A stretch of DNA of 64,000 nucleotides from Nitrosopumilus sp. (GTDB lineage: Archaea > Thermoproteota > Nitrososphaeria > Nitrososphaerales > Nitrosopumilaceae). Each line of letters opens with the position of its first letter. The first letter of the stretch is position 1. The stretch is taken from NCBI GenBank assembly GCA_965207075.1, contig CBDBLO010000002.1, positions 672,001 to 736,000 on the forward strand. The letters run 5' to 3'. Below, piece after piece: positions 48,860 to 59,966 of the stretch. A program made the translations under genes and the position numbers. The notes beneath the pieces are model-generated. The model was not told the DNA's origin, ran no database searches, and was given only the letters and a program-made list of their open reading frames with translations.

Positions 48860-51800
48860 ATGCAGCGTGAGAGGGGGACAGTAGATCCCAACGTACTGCG
48901 CGCTCCGCGCGGTCTGTGCCATGCCGTCATTATCATGGCCGCAGTCGTCATAGCATCGTGCGCCGCGCCGGACGCCGCAGTCTGGGCGGACCACTCCGCC
49001 ACTAGCTGCGTACTGCGCGTGAGCGGCTCGACGCATCCAGTCACATACCAGGGCGAGCCACGACAGAATCCCGACGGTACGTACTACCCGGGGGACGCGT
49101 TCTACTACGTGTTCCGGTGGTCCGAACAGTCCGACGACCCCGACGGCTGCTCCGTCCGCGCCCCGCTCCTCGAGACGAACCGCCTGCAGCTGGACCACCG
49201 CGCCGTATGGGTCGACTCCAACGGCCGCGAAGACCGCCGCGCGCCCCTCATGCACAGGGACCTCGACCCGTCTGTGGCGTTCCTCTCCAGTACGGACTTT
49301 TACGCGGGTAAAACGGTAGCCTCGTGCAAGGAGATGTTCACAAAGCCCGGCGAGTCCCATACGTGGAGGTATGACAAGTGGGTCGTGTACGACAAGGTAT
49401 TCCTCACAAAGGACTCCGACGTACTGACGGAGTTTGAAAAGACGCTCAAGTCTAGGGGATACGGGGGCGAACCGGCCTGGGGGTGGTGGACCGACAGGAT
49501 TGACGCAAAGTCGCGGCACGTGCAGGACCTGCCGTACTGCCCGTGGGCCAAATACAAGGGAGGCAACATCAAGGGTGGCATTATCCCAGAAGACCAGAAG
49601 CTAAACGACACCACGGCCGACCTGCCCGGCGCCCCCCCGCACATGAAGCCCTACGGCGGCGGCATATTCTACGCCACGACGCACGGCTGGGGGATCACCA
49701 CGGGCGCGGGCGCGTCGCACGCCCACCTCGCCGAGACGCCGGCCGATCCCGAGAGTGTGGAGTGGTTTGAGGAGCGCGTGCGGGCGGCGTGCGGCGGACT
49801 GGGCGCGCGGTCCGGTTGCGTGTACGGAACAGCCGAGGTGCGGCCCAGCCGGGGCGTGTGCGTCTCGGATGTAGTCGGCGCGTATGGCGCCATACTGGAC
49901 GCGTGGCACAAGCGGCTGCCGCCGTACGACGTCCGGGGCGGGAGCGGAGACCGTGCGGAACCCACGCCGCCACCGCCGCCCGGGTATCCGGCGGGTTTCT
50001 GGGCGCACCTGCTGTCAAACCGCTCGCACGCGTTCGATATGGACACGGTGCCGGCCGGCATGCATCCGGAGGCGTATCAGGTGCCGGCCGGCGGCGACGC
50101 GTGCTCAGGGCCTACAACGGACGGCGCGAAGCTGGATCTTACCGTATCAGGCCACTACTGGACGCCGCAACACCGCGCCAACGGTATACCGGTGAGGGGA
50201 TTGGAAGAGGTGGGCAGGGAATCAGGACCACCGCTGCAGGACGGCAAGCTGTCAATCGTGCTGACAAAGCCGCCACTGCATCATGTGGAGGGGTATGACG
50301 CCAAGAATCTGGACGGCACCTACTACCACGAGGATCCAATATACGTGCGGCACGAGCCGTCGTGGAAATGGAAGGACGAGCGCAGCGCGCACGTCAGCTT
50401 CGAGACGCACCGCCTGCCCCCCATTGCACTCCCGGTGATTGATGAATTTGACTGCCCGCCGCAGTCGACGACGGCGGACGGGAACGTCACCACCGCGCCC
50501 GCCCCACATACGGCGGTACCGCCGTGCGAGCATGCGATTGAGGTGGACTCGCTGCTGTGGCTGGCCGAAATACTATGGTTCGGCAACGGAGACGGACTGA
50601 CGGTCCGGACCTCCGACGTATCGCACGATTTTGGCACCTACGAATTCGCGTACAACATGACTGCCTACAACCTAGGCAAACAAGTTGCAAGTGCGGTGAA
50701 CTCTACCGAGGCCAAGGTCGTGCCGTACGAGCCATCCTACGAGGCGGCATATTCATATCCCATGCTTGCCGACGCCCGTGAGTACGCCTTTGATGACCGA
50801 CACGGGATCGCCATGAGGTACGGTGGGAGCTGGCAGGAGGACGTACTCCACCCGATGCGCCGCTCGTTCATCAACGGGTGGGACGGGACGGGAGGGGGGC
50901 ATGACCCGTACACCTACAACCGCTTTGGGCAGGACCACGTGCTCGACATGGGCCGCAACTCCTCGCCCGACCACACCGCGCTGGAGCACGTACAAGACAC
51001 GCAGACCGCAATGTTCGTGCAGGATGGGCACGGCACAATCTTGTTTGAGTGGCCCGTATCTGGATGGGTGTTCTCCACGTACAACCAGACGGCAACGGGG
51101 ACGCCGGTCGCCGCCACTACCGCTGTTGCAAAGGCGGCAGTCAACGAGAACGTCACATCGCACCTGAAGATCTACAGCCGCGACTTTGCGGGCAAGGACG
51201 CCCTGTTATACGAGACCACAATGCGTTATCCGGAGATGCCGTTTACAAAACATGTGACGATACAGTCCGTAGATCATACTGGCGCCATACAGGCTATGGA
51301 TGATATCACGCTGCGGGTAGCACCATACACGGAACTGGGGGCCGAATATTTGACAGACTACATACGCGACAAGATAACATGGGATACAGGCGATCCGATC
51401 ATAACACAGATCGTCGTAAACGCCACCCATCCCATGGTGCAGGAGTGGCACGCGTCAGACGGCGTAATCAAAGCCACGGTGCTGCGTACGTCCGTACACT
51501 TTAACGACATTGCGATACAAAACGGCACTGGCCTGCCATACAGTGGCAGGTTGGCGGACCTTCACGAGTTGGCCGAACATCCGGAAACACTACGTCTCGC
51601 TGCTTCATACGATCTGGGACTGAGCGTACTGGCTCCAACGTCCCTGTACATCACGATAAACAACTCCAGCGAGCACGCCATCCATCACAAGTACTATCCG
51701 TTTGGGGGAAGTGAAACTATCAACATCAACGTCAAAAAGGACAATCCGGCAGATATATCAAGGGAGCCTGGCCGCCTCATCATAAGACAGCCCGAAAATT

Positions 51801-52060
51801 TTGGGATCATCAAGCATGTAGAGATAAACGGAACGCGTCTACAGCAACCATGCCCCATTGGCTGTACCATCATGTTCCAACCAGACGTCGCCTTGAATAT
51901 AGTACTATACAACGAATGGGGCGGGGAGGCCCACGGCGCCGTTGTTACATCGTATGTTCTTTATGCGCCGCATTCAGACGAGTCGGGGTGGCAGATTATG
52001 GGAATTGTTGTATCGTCATTTGTGATTTTATATGTGGCGTACAGAAAGACAGCAACATAA
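48860..52060 (+). CDS. Large secreted/membrane-anchored protein
   Basis: N-terminal hydrophobic segment, C-terminal TM, and an internal repeated motif NPDGTYYPGD / NLDGTYYHED. Confidence 0.8.
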   Translation: MQRERGTVDPNVLRAPRGLCHAVIIMAAVVIASCAAPDAAVWADHSATSCVLRVSGSTHPVTYQGEPRQNPDGTYYPGDAFYYVFRWSEQSDDPDGCSVRAPLLETNRLQLDHRAVWVDSNGREDRRAPLMHRDLDPSVAFLSSTDFYAGKTVASCKEMFTKPGESHTWRYDKWVVYDKVFLTKDSDVLTEFEKTLKSRGYGGEPAWGWWTDRIDAKSRHVQDLPYCPWAKYKGGNIKGGIIPEDQKLNDTTADLPGAPPHMKPYGGGIFYATTHGWGITTGAGASHAHLAETPADPESVEWFEERVRAACGGLGARSGCVYGTAEVRPSRGVCVSDVVGAYGAILDAWHKRLPPYDVRGGSGDRAEPTPPPPPGYPAGFWAHLLSNRSHAFDMDTVPAGMHPEAYQVPAGGDACSGPTTDGAKLDLTVSGHYWTPQHRANGIPVRGLEEVGRESGPPLQDGKLSIVLTKPPLHHVEGYDAKNLDGTYYHEDPIYVRHEPSWKWKDERSAHVSFETHRLPPIALPVIDEFDCPPQSTTADGNVTTAPAPHTAVPPCEHAIEVDSLLWLAEILWFGNGDGLTVRTSDVSHDFGTYEFAYNMTAYNLGKQVASAVNSTEAKVVPYEPSYEAAYSYPMLADAREYAFDDRHGIAMRYGGSWQEDVLHPMRRSFINGWDGTGGGHDPYTYNRFGQDHVLDMGRNSSPDHTALEHVQDTQTAMFVQDGHGTILFEWPVSGWVFSTYNQTATGTPVAATTAVAKAAVNENVTSHLKIYSRDFAGKDALLYETTMRYPEMPFTKHVTIQSVDHTGAIQAMDDITLRVAPYTELGAEYLTDYIRDKITWDTGDPIITQIVVNATHPMVQEWHASDGVIKATVLRTSVHFNDIAIQNGTGLPYSGRLADLHELAEHPETLRLAASYDLGLSVLAPTSLYITINNSSEHAIHHKYYPFGGSETININVKKDNPADISREPGRLIIRQPENFGIIKHVEINGTRLQQPCPIGCTIMFQPDVALNIVLYNEWGGEAHGAVVTSYVLYAPHSDESGWQIMGIVVSSFVILYVAYRKTAT

Positions 52061-52596
52061 AAATCATAATCCAAGAGATTCTGCATTATGATCGTTATTT
52101 ATTAGGTCACGGGTACTGAAACAAACAAGCAAGATATGGGTTAGACATGGGTGATTGATTGAAAAACAAATTAAGAAATATTGCGTGGTTACTGCTTGCC
52201 GGCACATTTGCAGCTGCTGCAATCACGGCAGTTGTGATTTATGTATTCGTGGGAGATGATGCAGGATTGGATCCTTTTCCCGATCTTTTGTATATCCGAA
52301 GCGGTTCAGGAGTGCCGGGTTGTGAGCTTGCAGAGCAGTCGTGTGTCAGCGAACCTGTCAAAGAGATTGGCGCCGGAAAGTACCTTATCTTCTCAAACAA
52401 GGATGACGTAAACCATACCATGACGTCCGGCACGCCCGAATCTGGTCCTGACGGTGAGTTTGACATCGGGCCTGTGCCGGGCCGAGTAACACAATCGTTC
52501 ATCGTTCCGGAAAGAGGCGAGTATGATTGGTTCTGCTGGAGTGGACCCCCTGTTTTGGTACCATTTCTTGCTCCAAAATCCGAATGATTCCTGCCC

Positions 52597-53430
52597 TCAT
52601 TTATTCGTCATCTCCCACAGTTCGACAAACTCTGCCGGTGTCATGTACCCGATAGAGGAGTGTATCCGCTCTTTGTTGTAGTCGGCAATGGCTTCTGCAA
52701 TGATCTTCTCTGCCTCCTGGTAATTGGCAAACTCATGCGGCCAGATGTACTCCTTTTTGAGGGTCTTGTGGAACGACTCGACGTGCCCGTTCTGCTCCGG
52801 TGTGTTCTTCCAGATGAACTCGTGCTTGCCGATGCCCAGGGCCCGGACCGCGCGCCTGAAGTCTCGGCTCGCGTACTGGTTGCCGTTGTCAGTGCGCAGC
52901 CGCAGCCTGGAGCAGTCGGGCCTTTCCGCGGCGACCGCGTTTGTGATCGAGTCGATTGCCACGTCCCTCGTGGCATGGACGTCAAACGCGTACGCGATCC
53001 ACTTGCGCGTAAAGCAGTCTATCACGTTGAAACAGTAGCACCAGCCGTCAATGCCGCACCAGACGTACGTGATGTCAGTCTCCCACAGCCGGTTCGGGGC
53101 CTCTGGCTTGAAGAGCCTGCGGCCTGCCCGGATGATGTCGTTTTTCGTCTTTTGCGGCTGGATGTAGCCTATCCTGCGGTATATCCGCTGCACTTTCTTG
53201 CGGTTTGTGGACACGCCGGTCTCGCGGGCCACCTGGGCCGCCATTCTTCTGGTTCCATACGTGGGACGCCTGGCCGCAATGCGCCTGACCACCCGGACGG
53301 CGTCCGCGTCCACCGGGACGTTCCTTGGACGCGCAGTGTAATACCATGCCTGCTTGGACATGCCGCAGTATCCCAGCGCCCTGTTGAGGCTCATGTATTT
53401 CGCTGCCTTGGTGACTGCCTCCATCCTCAT
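52597..53430 (-). CDS. IS3 transposase OrfB
   Basis: YGTRRM, WETDITY, TDNGNQY, NGHVESFHKTLKKE. Confidence 0.93.
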   Translation of the reverse strand: MRMEAVTKAAKYMSLNRALGYCGMSKQAWYYTARPRNVPVDADAVRVVRRIAARRPTYGTRRMAAQVARETGVSTNRKKVQRIYRRIGYIQPQKTKNDIIRAGRRLFKPEAPNRLWETDITYVWCGIDGWCYCFNVIDCFTRKWIAYAFDVHATRDVAIDSITNAVAAERPDCSRLRLRTDNGNQYASRDFRRAVRALGIGKHEFIWKNTPEQNGHVESFHKTLKKEYIWPHEFANYQEAEKIIAEAIADYNKERIHSSIGYMTPAEFVELWEMTNK

Positions 53431-53708
53431 CTTTTTGCCCCCTCCAAAGTTTTTTTTAAAACGTCGTTGGCTATGGTGATCTCTGCGATTATGCGCTTGA
53501 GGTGTTCAATCTCCCGGACGTGGCTCTTGTCAACGTCCCCGTGGCTGGCAAGCGCCTGCTTGCCACCCTGCAGGAACTTGTCCTTCCAGTCCTGGAAGGT
53601 CGCAGGGGAGACATTGTGCTTGCGGCACAGCTCGGCGGCAGATATGCGGGTGGTAAAAAACTCCACCACCGCGTCGGCCTTGTCTTGCGGGCTGCGTCTC
53701 TTGCTCAT
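53427..53708 (-). CDS. IS3 transposase OrfA
   Basis: HTH ELCRKHNVSPATFQDW. ATGA overlap with OrfB and an A8 run just upstream of the junction. Confidence 0.9.
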   Translation of the reverse strand: MSKRRSPQDKADAVVEFFTTRISAAELCRKHNVSPATFQDWKDKFLQGGKQALASHGDVDKSHVREIEHLKRIIAEITIANDVLKKTLEGAKR

Positions 53709-53818
53709 GCCCCTGCTGCCGCCTCCTGCACCCTTAAGCATTCGGTTTTGATCGGTCTCACTTTAGCGGGGTCCAGCCCACTGCACGATACATCCGTGGA
53801 TAACAGGGAGGATTATAG

Positions 53819-54781
53819 TTGGTTGATCGTCACAAATCAGAGAAGGTAAACTACATCGACTGCGAGATTTCCAGAAGACTTGAGATAATAGACTGCATGA
53901 TCAGATGGTGGACGACAAACCAGAACTACATCCACGCGGATCCAAATGTCGCTGCCAAATGCGGATGGATGATTCGGCAACTTGAAAACTACCGTAACAG
54001 GGTGTATGACAGGTCTGCGGAGTTCAGGCAATACATGATTCTTGTGGAATCATACAAGTATGATACGGAAAGCAATGAATTCAAAAACGCTGAAAGACGG
54101 GCCAACGAGCTGTATAGGAATCTATGCCGCACGTTTGATAATAACGGCCACTACTTCCAGGCGCTGGTCACGAAACGCTTTCACGAGGATGATCAATTTG
54201 AAATAACAGATGTAGAGGTGAAGGGTACCGGCTATGACTTTGATGTCGAAATTGCAGACGAGCATGGTTACCGATACTGCATCGAGGTGTGGCTGGGACA
54301 AAACAAGTACAGTTATGCGACGAAGGAGAGCACTTCAATTGTGGGAGTCTATGATGGTGTGGTTCATTCTGATCTAGGATCGGTCCCGGAACGACTGAGC
54401 GACGTTGCGTCGGATCGGGGCGGCATAAGCGCAGATCCCAAACACGATCTGCCCAAAATCTGGCGCAAATTGGCCCAGTTGCCCGACAACCGCGTGGGCT
54501 TTCTTGTCGCTTGCAGGCGGGGCGGCAGCCGAATACAGATTGGACGAACCGACTTTCCAATAGTGTCGCCGGAGTATATGCCGCCAAACAAGTGCATCAT
54601 TGTGCTGAATTTTGGCGGGGATGGGGTACCCGGGGGACGCGGCTCTGCGTTTGTAGTGCATCATCCAGACTTTAAGCTAGTCGAAGTTGCGAAAGAGATA
54701 ATCCGATCGTTAGAGTTCAAGCACGATCAGGACGTATACGCCGAAAAGACCTGGCTGCTTGAACAGTGTGGCCTAGGGTAG
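53819..54781 (+). CDS. Hypothetical protein, possible PD-(D/E)xK-like fold
   Basis: 320-aa ORF containing DFDVEI...CIEVW. Confidence 0.6.
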   Translation: MVDRHKSEKVNYIDCEISRRLEIIDCMIRWWTTNQNYIHADPNVAAKCGWMIRQLENYRNRVYDRSAEFRQYMILVESYKYDTESNEFKNAERRANELYRNLCRTFDNNGHYFQALVTKRFHEDDQFEITDVEVKGTGYDFDVEIADEHGYRYCIEVWLGQNKYSYATKESTSIVGVYDGVVHSDLGSVPERLSDVASDRGGISADPKHDLPKIWRKLAQLPDNRVGFLVACRRGGSRIQIGRTDFPIVSPEYMPPNKCIIVLNFGGDGVPGGRGSAFVVHHPDFKLVEVAKEIIRSLEFKHDQDVYAEKTWLLEQCGLG

Positions 54782-54795
54782 ATTCGTTTACGCAT

Positions 54796-55119
54796 CTAGT
54801 TCCTTGTAGTGGCTGATAAGCCTGTACGTCTCAATACCAAAGCTCTCCACGTACGCCTACGTTCATCTGAGAACTTGGGCCTGAACCTTGGAGTGTTGAT
54901 TGTAGTCTGGATACCAATACACTCCACTATTTCTAGCATGTTTTTGTAGAGTTTGGCAGGATGGTATGATACTATGTTTGTATCCAAATCACGGGGCATG
55001 GCCATGATTACTTCTCGGATATACCATCGTGTACGGCTCGGGCCATACGCTACCCTAGACACGAAGTCTGTAAACTGTATCTTTTGTCCGTCATATTTTG
55101 AATTTTGGATCGGCACCAT
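54796..55119 (-). CDS. Hypothetical protein or fragment
   Basis: 107-aa ORF only. Confidence 0.35.
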   Translation of the reverse strand: MVPIQNSKYDGQKIQFTDFVSRVAYGPSRTRWYIREVIMAMPRDLDTNIVSYHPAKLYKNMLEIVECIGIQTTINTPRFRPKFSDERRRTWRALVLRRTGLSATTRN

Positions 55120-55678
55120 TTACTTGAAAAGCAGTATGTTGGCTACCTAGTGATCAGTATGTAGATTTGTCAGTGTAGTGAACATGTTCCCATACCCACC
55201 GATGTGGCAGCTTGTTCCAGCAACTACACATGTGAAACATGGGAAAGAAGATGATGATGGGGGGCATGCAATGATGAAAAGCACTAGAGAAACACCTCAG
55301 TGCAACATCCATTGTACACAGAAGGGGGGGGGGATCATGGATGATTATTGGAATCATTCTGGCGGCAATGAGATGATGTGTAGGATGTAAAGTGGGGTTA
55401 AATTTGACGAGAGCGCTGCGCGCGAGCTTTCTATCAGTTAAAGCGACATGATAATGAATACAGGGTAGGAATGGAAAGGGTCGAAATCCACAGTGGGTTC
55501 GCATACCTTCACAGATGACAGCAGAAGGCGATCGGGGCGTCCACAACATCCCTGCATTTTTCTTCACATTATGGATATGGAATAATATTTTTCTAAATTA
55601 TAAAAAATCAGTGTACAGTGTGAATGGTGGCCAATGCGCAAGATCACGAATACTTTAAGAACGAGAACAATCTAATCC

Positions 55679-56770
55679 ATGCAGTCCATGACTAGCAAAA
55701 ACAAGCCCAAAGTAGAAACATCTACTCGTCAGAGAAGAGCGGCTTTCAAGGCATGGAAAACGATGAGAAGAGACAGGTGGTCACGACAAGACGGTGCATC
55801 TTCCAAAATTGACAGGTTTATGACCCCAAGACAAGCCTCAAAAATCATACACCCCGAATCCATACAAGTCCGGCAAGAACAAAAAACCACTTACTCGAAA
55901 GGAATAGTAAGCCTTTTCCACAAAACTCCTCCCGATATAGCATGCGGTAGATTTTGGGAATTAAGGTGGGCGTATGGGTGCCCACTTGACTGTAGTTACT
56001 GTTACCTTCGTGGAACCATGAGGGGAAACATGAAACCCAGTCCATTAAAACCAGAGCATGTTCTTAATGCAATAGGTGCAGCATTTGCCAACATAAAAAC
56101 TCCGTCGATATTTAACACGGGCGAGCTTTCCGACTCGCTAATGTACCCAACACTCATGGAAAAAATAGTCGATAAATTTGAAGAGCAGTCGACACATAAA
56201 GTTGCACTGCTTAGCAAGATGGGCGTCAAGAATGTAGGTTTTTTGTTAGCCAAATTGCGAAAACAGACCATATGCGCATGGAGTGTAAATGCCATTGTGG
56301 TATCCAAAAGGTGGGAAAAGGCTGCGCCGTCTCCAAAGGAGAGGATCGATGCCGCAGCGCTGGTCAGCTCAGTTGGCTATGACACAAGAATAAGAATAGA
56401 CCCGATATTCCCCACATATGAATGGAAAAAGCACTATGAAGAGATAATTGAGTACATGTTCTCAAGACTTGATCCAAAAAGGATCATACTTGGGACTCCT
56501 CGGGGCCTATGGAAGACCATCAAATATGCACGGGAGGCAAAAATCGACATGTCTTGGGCTAATTTCTTTAATGAGGACTCTGGCTGGGGTAAAAAACTGG
56601 CCTTTGAGCAGAGGGGTGAAATTTACCGTTTCTTTATCGACAAAATGGCAGAGTTTGGATATGCGAAATCCAAAATCACCATGTGCAAAGAGACCACTGC
56701 GATGTGGGATAAGATGAAGCTTGACTACAAGCCGCTAAGATGTAATTGTTATGGAAGTCACTTACTCTGA
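55679..56770 (+). CDS. Radical SAM protein, spore-photoproduct-lyase-like
   Basis: GCPLDCSYCYL, FNTGELSDS, RIRIDPI, ITMCKE. Confidence 0.88.
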   Translation: MQSMTSKNKPKVETSTRQRRAAFKAWKTMRRDRWSRQDGASSKIDRFMTPRQASKIIHPESIQVRQEQKTTYSKGIVSLFHKTPPDIACGRFWELRWAYGCPLDCSYCYLRGTMRGNMKPSPLKPEHVLNAIGAAFANIKTPSIFNTGELSDSLMYPTLMEKIVDKFEEQSTHKVALLSKMGVKNVGFLLAKLRKQTICAWSVNAIVVSKRWEKAAPSPKERIDAAALVSSVGYDTRIRIDPIFPTYEWKKHYEEIIEYMFSRLDPKRIILGTPRGLWKTIKYAREAKIDMSWANFFNEDSGWGKKLAFEQRGEIYRFFIDKMAEFGYAKSKITMCKETTAMWDKMKLDYKPLRCNCYGSHLL

Positions 56771-57859
56771 GACAAACTCTATTATGCATGTATCGGGATA
56801 GTTAAATCCGCCTCTCTTTCTTCCTAAAACCTTGATTTTGGGCGGCTGTTGGCTTTCTAGCACCTTTAGAATATCATTTTTATAACGGAACTTTGAGATC
56901 CAAACAAATTCTTTGATTTGTGGAACTGGCACTGTCTGCCCCTTGAATTTCTCAAAGACGAGCCTGGCTGCTTCAGACGCTGCTGATTCTTCTGTTACGT
57001 CAGTGAGATATGTTTGGTGAGGATCTGCCCTGTCTGAAAATCTATAAGTTCCTCTCGAATCAACGGCGTACATGGCATTTTTCATGACGTCCATTCCTTT
57101 CGGGTGATTGGTACCAAACACTAGGTAATACTCCGTATGTCCATCCTTCCGTACCATTTCAAATGATCGTATATGTTTCACTTTGGCAATTGTTCGTAAC
57201 TTAGATTCATAATAACCTAAGAGAAAATCCTTCCTTGCTTCCGATTCGGTTGGAATTGTTTCGTTTTGCCAGTCCGAGTCACCATACAATTCGTTGATTG
57301 CACTTTTTTGAATATCCGAAAACCGATTGACAAAATCATACATGAATGTGATTAACACTTCACAACGTTTATTGGACATAAAACGCGCAATTGTAGTCAT
57401 TGGAAAATTAGAATATCCAAACGGATCAATAAACGCAAACGTAGGTGCAAGCTCTAATTTGTCTTGATCTAGCTCATCCAGAATTTCTTCAACTGTGGTT
57501 GCAAATTCTCCCTCATATACACCGTACTGGAGGTTGTTTGGAAGATTGGGAAATTTGTCATTTAAAACATCCTTTAATTTTTGTGCTATTTTCGGATCCT
57601 TTTCAATAAAAACAAATTTAATTTCTCCAAATTTTTTTCGTAACATGTGCTCGCGTGCAGTTCGCAATGCAATTACGGGAGATCCATCTTCTCCTTGTGA
57701 ATAAACCCCGGGGCCCGCAAATCCGTCCAAATACACCACCCTGCCAAAAGTGCCAGACATAATCGGAAACCAAGCTTTTAGGTGGTTCTCCAGAATTACG
57801 TGCTTTGCTTTAGTATGTGGTTCAATTGGCCAAGTTGGGTCTGAGTCAGTTGCCAACAA
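56762..57859 (-). CDS. tcmP: Three-Cys-motif partner protein TcmP (methyltransferase-like)
   Basis: HTKAKH, YLDGFAGPG, GSPVIAL, FAFIDPFG, YYLVFGTNHPKG. Confidence 0.9.
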   Translation of the reverse strand: MLATDSDPTWPIEPHTKAKHVILENHLKAWFPIMSGTFGRVVYLDGFAGPGVYSQGEDGSPVIALRTAREHMLRKKFGEIKFVFIEKDPKIAQKLKDVLNDKFPNLPNNLQYGVYEGEFATTVEEILDELDQDKLELAPTFAFIDPFGYSNFPMTTIARFMSNKRCEVLITFMYDFVNRFSDIQKSAINELYGDSDWQNETIPTESEARKDFLLGYYESKLRTIAKVKHIRSFEMVRKDGHTEYYLVFGTNHPKGMDVMKNAMYAVDSRGTYRFSDRADPHQTYLTDVTEESAASEAARLVFEKFKGQTVPVPQIKEFVWISKFRYKNDILKVLESQQPPKIKVLGRKRGGFNYPDTCIIEFVSE

Positions 57860-57910
57860 TGTGGTATATCTGTAGAATTTTTAACCATTTCTATCATAAA
57901 TAGCGCCTTC

Positions 57911-59055
57911 TGTAGTACAAAAGTAGTTCATTCCCTGGCCAAGTGCATGAGATCGGTCGAGATGTGGACAAAACGCATAAGCTTGACGTCCAGTGGAAGA
58001 AGGGTGTGTAGGTTTAGAGCCAGAGACTGGCAGGTTAATCAACTTGAAACGTCCCGACAACGAAAAGCTCAATGAAGAGCACGTGAACTAGATACTGCGG
58101 GAGAAGAAGAAAGGCGTGTTGACCAACGCCTAGATGGCCCATTGCATGGGCATCTCACCGAGATGGGTGCAGAAACTCTGGTCTAGGTACGGTCACAGCC
58201 TCAAACAACTTGAGTCGTACCCTCCCGTATAAGTAGGACACCAAGAGACGGAGCATGCGGGCGCGGGAGCACTCTGCGGTGCTGCGCGCCGGACAGGCCG
58301 AACCACTGGGATCGATGGGGCCGCAGAGGATCATAAGGGCCTATACCTGAATCAATACCCCAAACAACATGATACACAACATACTGTTGGGCGAGGACAT
58401 GACCGAAAGACACTCAAAAGAAAGCAGAAAGCGAAAATAGGTGTGGTACGAGCGCGAACGCCCCAATTCGCTGTGGCACACGGACTAGAAGCAGCTGTAC
58501 GACAGCAGGCGGCTTCCGTACCACGAAGGCAACGCGTCCAAGTTCGTCACCGGGTACGGAGTGTTCGAGAACCCAACTGCCAAGAACGCCCTTGCGGTGC
58601 TTGACGCCATCATCCGGAACCACGGCTGGCCTCGTCCATCATGACGGATCATGACTCTCCGTTTTATGTAAACGAAAAGGGGAGGTAAAGCAGGACGCGA
58701 GCTCATTTGAGAGGAGATTGATAGAGCTGGACATATGTCAGATCTTGGGAAGCGTGAAGCATCCTCAGACGAGTGACAAGCTTGATAGGCTGCACGGGGA
58801 GAACCGATGCAAGATTCCCCGGTTAGAGACAGTCGTAATGCGTACCGACGCGCCGATGGATCTGTTCATGAAATGGCACAATCATGACAGGCCGCACTGG
58901 TCACTGAACTGGGACGAACCGGATCTTCCGCACGGGCTTTTGAGCGCAAGATGCCCAAAGCGACTACAACGGAAAGCGGAGAAACCGTTATTGACGCGTA
59001 GGCAGGTGCAATGCACCATGCTCAGTAAGGAATGAACTGCTTTTCATACTCCACA
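57911..59055 (+). mobile_element. Decayed IS481-family element
   Basis: Imperfect IRs TGTAGTACAAAAGTAGTTCATTCC and (reverse complement) TGTGGAGTATGAAAAGCAGTTCATTCC. Broken frames ISPRWVQKLW, YERERPNSLWHTD, HPQT..KLDR, WHNHDRPH. Confidence 0.8.
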
Positions 59056-59118
59056 ATTATAAGCACGCCTGTAATCAATAGTGAACTTAAATACTAATAA
59101 TCTTAGGTAGCTTCAAGA

Positions 59119-59943
59119 TTGGCTACTAGTTCCGCAATAGAATGGACCGAGGCTACATGGAACCCCACCACGGGGTGCACCAAGATCTCCCAAGGTTGCA
59201 AAAACTGCTATGCAGCAGCGCTATCCAAGAGGCTAAAGGCCATGGGAATTCCAAAGTACAAGAACAACTTCAAGTTTACGCAGCATGAGAACGAGGTTGG
59301 ATTGCCGTTAAAATGGAAAAAACCTCGAAAGATTTTCGTGAATAGTATGTCTGACTTGTTCCATGAGGAAGCTATGATGGAATTTATTGCAAGCTGCTTT
59401 GATACTATGATTAAAGCCAATTGGCACGTCTATCAAGTTTTAACAAAACGCCCTGAAATAATGGCAGAATTTTCAAAATTATCAAAATCGTATTTTGGCT
59501 TCCAAATTCCAAACCATATTTGGATGGGCACAAGTGTGGAAAATAATGATACTACTTGGAGAATTCGAGAATTACGTAAGGTAAAATGTTATGTAAAATT
59601 CATTAGCTTTGAGCCACTTTTAGAAGAAATAAACAACGTGAACTTGTCAGGAATAGATTGGGCCATCATTGGCGGAGAAAGCGGCCATCATTATCGGCCT
59701 GTCGAAAAAAAATGGATTCAGAATCTAATTAGGCAATGTAAACGACAAAACGTTAAGGTGTTTTTTAAACAATGGGGTGGTTTTAGACCAAAAGCCGGTG
59801 GCAGGACAATTAATGGTAGAACGTATAGTGAATATCCAAAACTAAAACCCATGACAAGCCAAACTCAACTAAAATTGCAACGGCGACAAACCAAAGATAT
59901 TCAATTTGAAAAACAACAATTTAAGAAATACTGTCACCTTTGA
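59119..59943 (+). CDS. DUF5131 (phage Gp37/Gp68) radical-SAM-like protein
   Basis: IEWTEATWNPTTGCTKISQGCKNCYA, FVNSMSDLFH, LTKRP, SFEPLL, IGGESG, FFKQWGG. Confidence 0.95.
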   Translation: MATSSAIEWTEATWNPTTGCTKISQGCKNCYAAALSKRLKAMGIPKYKNNFKFTQHENEVGLPLKWKKPRKIFVNSMSDLFHEEAMMEFIASCFDTMIKANWHVYQVLTKRPEIMAEFSKLSKSYFGFQIPNHIWMGTSVENNDTTWRIRELRKVKCYVKFISFEPLLEEINNVNLSGIDWAIIGGESGHHYRPVEKKWIQNLIRQCKRQNVKVFFKQWGGFRPKAGGRTINGRTYSEYPKLKPMTSQTQLKLQRRQTKDIQFEKQQFKKYCHL

Positions 59944-59966
59944 TTCACATCAAAAAGTGTTAATTT

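Larger units (their letters stand above)
52537..53780 (-). mobile_element. IS3-family insertion sequence
   Basis: TG..CA ends, TIRs TGGAGTGGACCCC and TGGGCTGGACCCC, 4-bp TSD CTGC. Confidence 0.93.
52159..53826 (+). pseudogene. Cupredoxin (plastocyanin-like) split by IS3
   Basis: N-terminal TM, NKDDVNHTMTSG, GEYDWFC. The frame resumes after the IS as TIHPWITGRIIVG* (53785-53826). Confidence 0.9.

Noticed and set aside
55154-55567. 137-aa and 70-aa ORFs
   Set aside because: Atypical composition and no motifs. Probably decayed sequence.
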